A stretch of DNA of 25,844 bases from a virus. Lineage: Duplodnaviria; Caudoviricetes. Made by a program: the position numbers and the translations under genes. The notes beneath the pieces were generated by a model. It was given only the letters and a program-made list of their open reading frames with translations, did not search any database and was not told where the DNA came from. The DNA lies in IMG/VR virus record IMGVR_UViG_3300016471_001133, positions 1 through 25,844 of that record; one strand, written 5' to 3'. Shown in pieces: positions 7,359 to 14,039 of this stretch. Numbering within the stretch: the first letter of the stretch is position 1; every line of letters begins with the position of its first letter.

Positions 7359-8213
7359 GTGGCCGGTGAATGGATTCCCATCGACTGCAACCTCGGCACG
7401 AAGCCCGAGGTGCTAGAGCTGGTGGACGAGACTGGCGAACCTGTTGAGGTCGTCGTCTATCGTCTCATCCAGTTGTGGTCGTGGGCGTCCATGAACACCG
7501 CTGACGGGACGATCCGCACCACACCGGCGCGGCTCGCAGCGGTGGCAGGAGGTGACGAAGCGTTTTGGCTCGCTGTTGAGCGGGTCGGCTGGGTGTCGTT
7601 TTTGAACGATACCGTCGTCATCCGGGGCTGGGAGAGGCGTTTTTCCCGGGCCGCAAAGGCGCGTGCGGAAAACGCGCGACGGGCGTGCGCTTATCGTGCG
7701 CGAAAAGCGCGACCACAGGAGAGGACAGGAGAGGAGAGTACAGAAGAAGAAATACCGGCTGCGCCGGTTCCCACGACCGAGGCGGCTACGCCGCCTCGCT
7801 CGCGGGCGAAGCCTGGCGTTTCGTGGTCGGCTGACGCCGGGTGGGACGGCATCACGGACGCTGACCGCTCCGAGTGGGCCGCGGCGTTCCCTGGGGCGGT
7901 GCTCGATCAGGAGCTCGCGAAGGCGACCGCCTGGCTGCGGGCGAACCCGAAGCGGTGCGGCAAGCGGAACTGGCGTCGGTTCCTTGTCGGCTGGCTGCAG
8001 CGTTGCCAGGACAAGGGCGGCACGAACCGCGAGCCAGGGAACCGGCCGACCGGGCCGCCGCCGGTTGAGGCCGCGAAGCGTCGGTACTACCGCTCGGATG
8101 CGAATCGCAGCATGACCGACGCGGAGTACGCGGCGTGGCAACGCGACCGCAACTCCGGTGGCGTGGTCGCCGCGCTTGCATCAGGGTTCAGACTCAAGGA
8201 GGAGATCACATGA
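7359..8213 (+). CDS. Phage replication initiator-like protein
   Basis: GTG start with AGGAGG RBS. N-terminal WIPIDCNLGTKPEV...YRLIQLWSWA helix domain, charged linker, C-terminal ELAKATAWL..NP...NWRRFLVGWLQR domain typical of phage initiators. Confidence 0.7.
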   Translation: MAGEWIPIDCNLGTKPEVLELVDETGEPVEVVVYRLIQLWSWASMNTADGTIRTTPARLAAVAGGDEAFWLAVERVGWVSFLNDTVVIRGWERRFSRAAKARAENARRACAYRARKARPQERTGEESTEEEIPAAPVPTTEAATPPRSRAKPGVSWSADAGWDGITDADRSEWAAAFPGAVLDQELAKATAWLRANPKRCGKRNWRRFLVGWLQRCQDKGGTNREPGNRPTGPPPVEAAKRRYYRSDANRSMTDAEYAAWQRDRNSGGVVAALASGFRLKEEIT

Positions 8214-8461
8214 CCGCCATCGCCCTACCGCCGATCACGGCCAAGCAGCGTCGCGTGTGGGAGTTCATCAGGAACCACAACGCGGCCACGCGCACCGGCA
8301 CCGGCTACCGCGAGATCTGTGCCGCTATGGGTTGGCGTTCGCCCAACGCGTCATACGGGCACTGCGTGGCGCTTCGCCGCAAGGGCTGGATCACGTTTGA
8401 GCCGTCGCGGCCGAACACGATTGTTCCGACGGCTGAATCGCTGGAGGTGTGCGATGACTGA
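8210..8461 (+). CDS. LexA-like DNA-binding domain protein (no peptidase domain)
   Basis: ITAKQRRVWEFIR...YREICAAMGWRSPNASYGHCVALRRKGWI matches the LexA N-terminal wHTH; only 83 aa. Confidence 0.8.
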   Translation: MTAIALPPITAKQRRVWEFIRNHNAATRTGTGYREICAAMGWRSPNASYGHCVALRRKGWITFEPSRPNTIVPTAESLEVCDD

Positions 8462-8672
8462 CCGGGACGTAACCGCGATCCACGCCGCGTGTCGTCGCCG
8501 CTCGTGGGAGGACTCGACCGACGACGCGTCGCGGCTGGTGCTCGAGCGTGCCGGCGACTGCATCACGCACTTGAGGAAAACGGTGCGAGACATGCGGCGC
8601 CGGCTGGTCCGTCAGGCCGCGCACCTCGAGCGGGCCGAGCTCGCCAACGAGCAGCGGGGGAACACGAAATGA
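8454..8672 (+). CDS. Hypothetical coiled-coil protein
   Basis: GGAGGT RBS; overlaps both neighbours. Confidence 0.6.
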   Translation: MTDRDVTAIHAACRRRSWEDSTDDASRLVLERAGDCITHLRKTVRDMRRRLVRQAAHLERAELANEQRGNTK

Positions 8673-8893
8673 CGATTTATCAGCGACACATAACGTCGAA
8701 GAAGTGGCAGCGGTTCAAGCGTCGCGTGAAGTCATCGCGTGGCGAGTGCTGTGAACGCTGCAGGGCCGCCGGCGTAGGGCTTGAGGTTCATCACGTGACA
8801 TACGAGCGGCTCGGCAACGAACTGCCCGAAGACGTGCGGGTGTTGTGCCACGAGTGCCACGTCGCGGCCGACGCGGCGAGGAGGTCGGCATGA
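8669..8893 (+). CDS. Small HNH-family endonuclease
   Basis: CERC...LEVHHVTY...EDVRVLCHECH: two CxxC pairs and an HNH-like core, with Asp at the Asn position. Confidence 0.8.
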   Translation: MTIYQRHITSKKWQRFKRRVKSSRGECCERCRAAGVGLEVHHVTYERLGNELPEDVRVLCHECHVAADAARRSA

Positions 8894-9132
8894 CCAGCGA
8901 CCTGGCACTGATCGCACTTGGAGCAATCACGACCGTGGCGACGTTCGCCCTCGGCGTGGCGGTGGGACGGCAATCACGGAGGACTGCACATGACGACGGC
9001 AACCAAGCGGCGACGAACTACTGGCGGCGTGACGCTCTCAACCGCGTCGCTCAAGGCGGCGCTGGCGGCGATCAAGCCGGCGATCTCGACCCGGCCGACG
9101 AAGCCGGCCCTATCCGGCGCTCTGCTCGCTGA
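8890..9132 (+). CDS. Small membrane protein overlapping the start of dnaN
   Basis: ATGA coupling and GAGGAGGT RBS; hydrophobic N-terminus LALIALGAITTVATFALGVAVG; 143-nt overlap with dnaN. Confidence 0.5.
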   Translation: MTSDLALIALGAITTVATFALGVAVGRQSRRTAHDDGNQAATNYWRRDALNRVAQGGAGGDQAGDLDPADEAGPIRRSAR

Positions 9133-10120
9133 CGGCACGATCACGGCGACCGATCTGGAAATCCAGATCTCGGCCGAGATCGACTACCACGGCGAGCCGC
9201 TCCTTCTCCCGCACGCCAGGCTGGCGGCGATCCTGCAGACGGCGATCGGGCCGGAGGTCTCGCTGGCCGTCGAGGGCTCCGTATGCGTCGTGAGCGTCGG
9301 ACGCGGCGTCTGGCGGCTTCCGGTTGAACAGGCGGCCGAATTCCCGGCCTGGACCCCGGAGGGCGTCAAATCGCTTGTACGGCTTCCAGGCGACCAATTC
9401 GTCCGGGCGGTCGCCGCGACCCACTACGCGACGGACACCGAGTCGTCGCGGTACGCCCTCGGTGCGGTGCTGCTCTCGGTGAGCCGCGAGGACGGCCGTG
9501 CCAATTTCGTGGCGACCGATGGCCGGCGGATGTCGGTGGTGGTCTGCGAGCACGGGCAGGACACCGACGGCGGCGAGCCGCTGGTCCCGGGCCACGTGCT
9601 GCAGGCGATCGCCAGGTTGTCGTCGTCGCACGCCGACAGCATCGAGGTGCAGCTGGAGGCGTCGGATCGCGAGCTTGTCGCCACGATGCCGGGAGCGACG
9701 GTCCATGCCCGGCTGATCGAGGGCAAGTTCCCGCGATGGCGCGATGTCGTCGTGATCGACCGGCCCGGCGAGCAGGTCTGCGTGATCAACCGCGAGGAGC
9801 TCAGGCACGCCACGACTAGCGCGGCGATCGTGACGACCGAGCAGAGCAAGGGCGTGGAGTACCGGTTCGAGGCGGACGGCCTGCACGTGCATGGCAAGAG
9901 TTCTGAGGCCGGCGAGTCGTCGATCACGGCCGATGTCGTCACGGGCGTGGAGCGGCCGGTCACGGTCAAGCTCGATCCGCGGTTTGTGGCGGACTGGCTC
10001 CGCGGGCTGTCAAGCGAGAACGACCCGGATGTGTCGGTCCATGTCGTCGATGCGGCGTCGGCGACGGTGCTAACGTGCGACGACTGCACGGGCGTGATCA
10101 TGCCTCTGGCGGCCGACTGA
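8990..10120 (+). CDS. dnaN: DNA polymerase III beta sliding clamp
   Basis: 376 aa; motifs KPALSGALL, ITATDLEI, EFP, SRYALGAVLL, FVATDGRRM, RLIEGKFPRWRDV and C-terminal VIMPL. Confidence 0.9.
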   Translation: MTTATKRRRTTGGVTLSTASLKAALAAIKPAISTRPTKPALSGALLADGTITATDLEIQISAEIDYHGEPLLLPHARLAAILQTAIGPEVSLAVEGSVCVVSVGRGVWRLPVEQAAEFPAWTPEGVKSLVRLPGDQFVRAVAATHYATDTESSRYALGAVLLSVSREDGRANFVATDGRRMSVVVCEHGQDTDGGEPLVPGHVLQAIARLSSSHADSIEVQLEASDRELVATMPGATVHARLIEGKFPRWRDVVVIDRPGEQVCVINREELRHATTSAAIVTTEQSKGVEYRFEADGLHVHGKSSEAGESSITADVVTGVERPVTVKLDPRFVADWLRGLSSENDPDVSVHVVDAASATVLTCDDCTGVIMPLAAD

Positions 10121-10121
10121 C

Positions 10122-10604
10122 ATGGATGACAATTCGAAAGAGCGTCTGGCGGCTCTTGTGGACGCCGGGCACAGCATGCGAGAGATCGCCGAGATACTCG
10201 GAGTGTCTGTGCAGCATGCGGCCCGCGCGTTCGCGGTCGCCGGCGTGGCGATGCCGATGCCGCCGAGCCGCGGGATCGTGTACCGCACGCGGGTGCGTGA
10301 CGTGTCGAAGCTGCTCCACCTGTGGCAAGAGACGACGCTGTCGCAGGCGGACGTGGCCCAGCGGTTGAACGTGACGCGTGGTGCTGTCTCTCGGGCGGTG
10401 CGGTACTACGGGCTCGAGCCGCGACCCGGAGACGTGCCGGACAAGCCGCCGGACTCGGAGATCGAAGACTCGGCGGGCGATCTGCGATTGGCTCCGCACG
10501 TCGAGGCGGCGGCCGAGCTGATTCGCCGGCAGTGGTCGCCGGAGGAGGAGTACCTGAGGCGAGTCACGATGGTTCAGCCGCTGACGATCGGAGAGTTGCC
10601 ATGA
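10122..10604 (+). CDS. Double-HTH DNA-binding protein
   Basis: GHSMREIAEILGVSVQHA and LSQADVAQRLNVTRGAVSRAV are two HTH-like segments. Confidence 0.7.
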   Translation: MDDNSKERLAALVDAGHSMREIAEILGVSVQHAARAFAVAGVAMPMPPSRGIVYRTRVRDVSKLLHLWQETTLSQADVAQRLNVTRGAVSRAVRYYGLEPRPGDVPDKPPDSEIEDSAGDLRLAPHVEAAAELIRRQWSPEEEYLRRVTMVQPLTIGELP

Positions 10605-10744
10605 GCGTGACGCTGCTCTTCGTCGTGTCGCTGATCTACTGGGGCGTCGCCATCGACCAGTGGATAAAGGGTTCACCGGCCGGGTTCGTCGTGTGGGCGA
10701 GCTACGGCGCGGCGAACTGGGGGCTCATGTGGCTGACGAGATAA
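10601..10744 (+). CDS. Small membrane protein
   Basis: ATGA overlap; MSVTLLFVVSLIYWGVAIDQWIKG...; two hydrophobic segments. Confidence 0.6.
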   Translation: MSVTLLFVVSLIYWGVAIDQWIKGSPAGFVVWASYGAANWGLMWLTR

Positions 10745-10756
10745 CGGAGGCTGATC

Positions 10757-10978
10757 ATGGAATCCTTGGCTCTCGCCGCCGCGCTCGTCATGCTGTCGAT
10801 CTGTGGCGTGTCGCTCGCGGCCCTGGTCGCCGGGATATTCCGCCGGCCGGTGCTGTGCTGGCTGTTCGGTGGATTGTCCGTCTTGGCCGGCGGTTGGCTG
10901 TGGGTGACGGTGCCGCACCTCTGGCCTCTGGCGGCGTGGTGCGTGGCGGTCGGCGTATATGCGGTGTGGCGGGTGTAG
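10757..10978 (+). CDS. Small membrane protein (about three TM segments)
   Basis: GGAGG RBS; almost entirely hydrophobic; its TAG stop overlaps the first attC core. Confidence 0.65.
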   Translation: MESLALAAALVMLSICGVSLAALVAGIFRRPVLCWLFGGLSVLAGGWLWVTVPHLWPLAAWCVAVGVYAVWRV

Positions 10979-11064
10979 AACGCCAGCGATCAGCGGCCCG
11001 CGACCTATGACCATGAACAAACCAACCGACACTCTCGCGGGTCAGCTGCATCGCGTGGTTAGCC
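10975..11064 (-). repeat. attC site A (90 bp)
   Basis: Minus strand: GGCTAAC-CACGC-GAT[G]CAGCTG[A]CCCGCGA...TCGCGGG-CCGCTG-ATC-GCTGGC-GTTCTAC. 5/6-nt spacers and two extrahelical bases, as in canonical attC. Confidence 0.85.
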
Positions 11065-11507
11065 TGCGGATTGTGCCGATTGACCACAAAGGGGCGAACG
11101 CTTTTGTCCAGAAGCACCACCGGCACCACAAGCCCACGGTGGGCCATAAGTTCAGCCTCGCCATTGCGGACGATACTGACGCCATTCGCGGCGTGGCGAT
11201 TGTGGGCCGCCCGGTGGCTCGGATGCTGGACGATGGATGGACGCTGGAGGTGAACCGCTGCTGCACGGACGGCGTTCGCAACGGGTGTTCGATGCTCTAC
11301 GGCCGGGCGTGGCAAGTGGCGAAGGCTCTCGGCTACCGGAAACTCATCACCTACACGCTGCCTGCGGAAGGCGGGTCGAGCCTTCGCGGAGCTGGGTGGA
11401 AGTGCATCGGGGAACGTGGTGGCGGCAACTGGAACGTTAAGTCGCGGCCACGGGTGGACACCGACCTTTTGCTCCAGGGACAGAAGCTACTTTGGGAAGC
11501 AGGCTAA
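11007..11507 (+). CDS. XF1762-family-like protein (GNAT fold, related to Mom-type base modifiers), cassette A
   Basis: ANAFVQKHHRHH, GVAIVGRPVARMLDDG.TLEVNR, NGCSMLYG...KLITYT...GSSLRGAGW. The start lies inside attC A, and the TAA stop ends at the crossover point. Confidence 0.7.
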   Translation: MTMNKPTDTLAGQLHRVVSLRIVPIDHKGANAFVQKHHRHHKPTVGHKFSLAIADDTDAIRGVAIVGRPVARMLDDGWTLEVNRCCTDGVRNGCSMLYGRAWQVAKALGYRKLITYTLPAEGGSSLRGAGWKCIGERGGGNWNVKSRPRVDTDLLLQGQKLLWEAG

Positions 11508-11592
11508 CACGGAAGATGAGCGGCATCGCCACGGAGGACGATGATATGACGAAAGACGCTGCGGCGATGTCCGCTCCATCGGCTGGTTCTGC
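11502..11592 (-). repeat. attC site B (91 bp)
   Basis: Plus strand: GGCTAAC-ACGGAA-GAT-GAGCGG-CATCGCC...GGCGATG[T]CCGCTC[C]ATC-GGCTG-GTTCTGC. Perfect stem with a compensatory G/C swap relative to sites A and D. Confidence 0.85.
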
Positions 11593-11623
11593 TGCGTCGG
11601 CGTGGGAGATGTGTAATGCCTGA
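11546..11623 (+). CDS. attC-encoded leader peptide coupled to the cassette B gene
   Basis: GGAGG at 11533-11537 in the attC loop; MTKDAAAMSAPSAGSAASAWEMCNA*; its end overlaps ATG 11616. Confidence 0.4.
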   Translation: MTKDAAAMSAPSAGSAASAWEMCNA

Positions 11624-12464
11624 ACACCACTTCCTGAATCTCGGCGCTGGCGTCCAATCGACGGCGCTCTACCTCTTGAGCATCGACGGCGACGAGCCGG
11701 AAGTGCCGCGATTTGACGCCGCCATCTTCGCTGACACGCAGGAGGAGCCGGATGAGGTCTATCGGCACCTTGAATGGCTGGAGAAGCAGGGCGGGCCGCC
11801 GATTGTGCGGGTCACGGAGGGAAAGTTAGGAGACGCATTAGACAGTCGAAAAAACGATGGGCATTACACTGCCATTCCGGCGTACACGCTCCACCCTGTG
11901 ACCGGACAGCGAGCAATGGTTCAGAGACAATGCACAGGCGACTTTAAGGTTAAGCCACTAGAACGAAAAATGAGGGAACTGCTCGGAGTTGTCCCTGGCC
12001 GACCTATTCCGAAGGAGCAAATACTCCACCAATACATGGGGCTGTCGTTCGATGAGCCAAAACGAGTCATTCGCGTAAAGGAGCGATTCCTCGCCAAGCC
12101 GTCGAACTGGAAGGTGCATTTCCCGCTATGGGAAATGCAGTGGGATCGCGGTGACTGCAAGGCATACCTGCGCGACCGGATGCCATATGAGGTGCCGCGC
12201 TCGGCGTGCGTGTTCTGCCCGTTCAAGTCAGACGAGGAGTGGCGTCGGCTGCGTGACAGCGACCCGAAGGGGTGGGCGCGGGCCGTTGAAATAGATCACG
12301 CTTGCCGCATTGGAAAGATGGACGCTCACCGCTTCTTGCACAAAGCGTGCTTGCCTCTGGACGAGGTTGACCTACGGTCCGCCGACGAGAAGAGCGGGCA
12401 GATGAATATTTTCAAGCACCTGCGCGGGTTTCAAGACGAGTGCGAAGGGTATTGTGGGAACTAG
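11616..12464 (+). CDS. PP-loop / PAPS-reductase-like adenine nucleotide alpha-hydrolase, cassette B
   Basis: FLNLGAGVQSTAL (SxGxxS-type loop), AIFADTQEEP, RQCTGDFKVKP, RSACVFCPF and a terminal ECEGYCG Cys cluster. Confidence 0.75.
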   Translation: MPEHHFLNLGAGVQSTALYLLSIDGDEPEVPRFDAAIFADTQEEPDEVYRHLEWLEKQGGPPIVRVTEGKLGDALDSRKNDGHYTAIPAYTLHPVTGQRAMVQRQCTGDFKVKPLERKMRELLGVVPGRPIPKEQILHQYMGLSFDEPKRVIRVKERFLAKPSNWKVHFPLWEMQWDRGDCKAYLRDRMPYEVPRSACVFCPFKSDEEWRRLRDSDPKGWARAVEIDHACRIGKMDAHRFLHKACLPLDEVDLRSADEKSGQMNIFKHLRGFQDECEGYCGN

Positions 12465-12466
12465 CA

Positions 12467-12557
12467 GCAGAACACGGAAGATCAGCGGCGGCGAGCCACG
12501 GACTATGAGCAAACCAACCGACGATAACGAGCCGTCTGCTGCATCGCGTGGGTCTGG
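12467..12557 (-). repeat. attC site C (91 bp, core mutated)
   Basis: Plus strand: GCAGAAC-ACGGAA-GAT-CAGCGG-CGGC...GCCG[T]CTGCTG[C]ATC-GCGTG-GGTCTGG, with GTT changed to GGT. Confidence 0.8.
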
Positions 12558-12762
12558 CGGGCCTGACCTTCGCGGCCCTGCCGTGATTGTTACCGGGTCA
12601 GTGATCGGAGGATTCACGTTCATCGGGCCGTTTCCAACAATCGAACACGCTGCGGAGTGGCACGCCAAGCGGTCGCTTCCCGGTGTGCTGGGCCTCCCGG
12701 CGGATGCGATTGTCTTGCTGGAGTCGCCGGATCGGCACGCTGTAGTGAGGAACGACGATTAG
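12505..12762 (+). CDS. Hypothetical protein, cassette C
   Basis: ATG in the attC C loop; MSKPTDDNEPSAASRGS...VIVTGSVIGGFTFIGPFPTIEHAAEW; TAG immediately before the next core. Confidence 0.65.
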   Translation: MSKPTDDNEPSAASRGSGGPDLRGPAVIVTGSVIGGFTFIGPFPTIEHAAEWHAKRSLPGVLGLPADAIVLLESPDRHAVVRNDD

Positions 12763-12852
12763 CCAGAACGCCAGCGATCAGCGGCCCGCGACCTATGACC
12801 ATGAACAAACCAACCGACGCTATCGCGGGTCCGCTGCATCGCGTGGTTATGC
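12763..12852 (-). repeat. attC site D (90 bp), near-identical to site A
   Basis: AGAACGCCAGCGATCAGCGGCCCGCGACCTATGACCATGAACAAACCAACCGAC is shared exactly with site A; only three differences up to GTTA. Confidence 0.85.
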
Positions 12853-13376
12853 GCTTTTGCTACGCGGACCCGCCCTACCTTGGCTGCGGCAAAAGGCTCT
12901 ACGGCAAGATGCACGCCGAGGCCGCCGAGTGGGACGATCCCGAGCGGCATCGCCATCTCATCGGCCGGCTCTGTGACGAATACCCGGACGGCTGGGCCAT
13001 GAGCCTGCACACGCCGAGCCTGCGGACGATCCTGCCGATGTGCCCCGAGGACTGCCGAGTGGCGGCATGGGTGAAGCCGTTCGCGGTGTTCAAGCCCAAC
13101 GTCACGGTGGCCTACGCATGGGAGCCGGTGATATTCCGGGGCGGCAGGCCGCGACCGCGAACGATGCCGACCGTGCGGGATTGGGTGTTGGAGTGCATCA
13201 CGCTGAAGAAGGGCTGCCCAGGGGCGAAGCCGGAAGGTTTCACGCTCTGGCTACTGGATTTACTCAACGTGGAACCGCAAGACGAGTTCGTTGATATGTT
13301 CCCCGGAAGCGGCATGGTCAGCGAGGCGGTCGAACGGTGGCGTCGGTCGCCACGGTTGCCGCTTCAGTACGCATAA
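12795..13376 (+). CDS. DNA amino-methyltransferase (N6A/N4C), cassette D
   Basis: YADPPY catalytic motif near the N-terminus, AWVK, WEPV, AKPEGF, and a C-terminal SAM motif VDMFPGSG. Alternative starts at 12801 and 12849. Confidence 0.8.
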   Translation: MTMNKPTDAIAGPLHRVVMRFCYADPPYLGCGKRLYGKMHAEAAEWDDPERHRHLIGRLCDEYPDGWAMSLHTPSLRTILPMCPEDCRVAAWVKPFAVFKPNVTVAYAWEPVIFRGGRPRPRTMPTVRDWVLECITLKKGCPGAKPEGFTLWLLDLLNVEPQDEFVDMFPGSGMVSEAVERWRRSPRLPLQYA

Positions 13377-13389
13377 CCAGTGCTTATCC
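13371..13389 (-). other. attI-like simple recombination site
   Basis: Minus strand: GGATAAG-CACTG-GTTATGC, an inverted L-like box, a 5-bp spacer and a GTT core, with no attC stem. Confidence 0.5.
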
Positions 13390-13399
13390 GGTCCGCACA

Positions 13400-13459
13400 G
13401 CGATCCCGGCGGGCATCGACCGCACATATAAAGCGGTGACGAGCACCCGCCGGGATCGC
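13400..13459. repeat. 14-bp perfect inverted repeat with a nested hairpin
   Basis: GCGATCCCGGCGGG (13400-13413) / CCCGCCGGGATCGC (13446-13459), enclosing ACCGC-N9-GCGGT. Confidence 0.7.
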
Positions 13460-13475
13460 CAACACAGGAGCAACC

Positions 13476-13697
13476 ATGACAGGCGAGGTAGATGAGATGT
13501 CCGCTGCATCCGCTGGTTCTGCGAGCAGTGGGAAAGACGCCGACCGACAGGCGCTGGCCGATTCATCCGGCCCAACAAAGCCTGCGCGGCTTTATTTTGT
13601 GCCGCCGCCGGAGATGCTGGTGGATGCGATCCATGACCCAGTCGGCCCGACGAGCGGACGACGGATTGCCAGCAAGAGATTCGGGACGAAGAAGTAG
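13476..13697 (+). CDS. Hypothetical protein, probable relic cassette
   Basis: AGGAG RBS; the N-terminal MSAASAGS segment is encoded by an attC half-site at 13500-13522. Confidence 0.5.
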   Translation: MTGEVDEMSAASAGSASSGKDADRQALADSSGPTKPARLYFVPPPEMLVDAIHDPVGPTSGRRIASKRFGTKK

Positions 13698-13706
13698 GCA
13701 GCACCC

Positions 13707-13802
13707 ATGTCCGACATCGTCTCTCGCCTGCGTCGGTGGAGTCACGCGGTCGATGAACCGGACGAAGTGAGACAGGTGCTGCGGCAAACTGTCGGAAACT
13801 GA
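13707..13802 (+). CDS. Short or truncated hypothetical protein
   Basis: MSDIVSRLRRWSHAVDEPDEVRQVLRQTVGN*; fills the gap between genes. Confidence 0.35.
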   Translation: MSDIVSRLRRWSHAVDEPDEVRQVLRQTVGN

Positions 13803-13806
13803 CATC

Positions 13807-14013
13807 ATGCCGCTAGTTATCGTCCAGTACCGCCTGCCAGACGAAGAGCACGAATACCTCGCGGCGATGCAAGGCGTCGCGGCGCTCGCGGTGTTGCATG
13901 ACATCGACCAGCATTGCCGCAGCCTCGTGAAGCACGGCACGCCAAGCGAAGAGACCGAGGCGCTTGCCGAGCACATCCGGCAACTGATTGCCGAGGCGGA
14001 CGTAACGCTGTGA
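13807..14013 (+). CDS. Hypothetical protein
   Basis: MPLVIVQYRLPDEEHEYLAAMQG...; coding-like. Confidence 0.65.
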   Translation: MPLVIVQYRLPDEEHEYLAAMQGVAALAVLHDIDQHCRSLVKHGTPSEETEALAEHIRQLIAEADVTL

Positions 14014-14039
14014 TTTGACACGGCGGCGATCATGCCGCC

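Larger units (their letters stand above)
10975..13389 (-). mobile_element. Integron-like gene-cassette array (four cassettes plus an attI-like site, no adjacent intI)
   Basis: Four attC sites. With G|TT crossovers the cassettes are 10981-11507, 11508-12472, 12473-12768 and 12769-13376. Each has complementary core ends. Confidence 0.85.

Noticed and set aside
10975-12852. attC sites in the conventional plus orientation (downstream of each gene)
   Set aside because: The extrahelical bases and the 5/6-nt spacer asymmetry fit the canonical pattern only on the minus strand.
10975-13522. Repeats read as a CRISPR array, REP elements or terminators
   Set aside because: Units are ~90 bp, separated by whole genes, lack U-tracts, and show attC-specific bulges and cassette-end complementarity.
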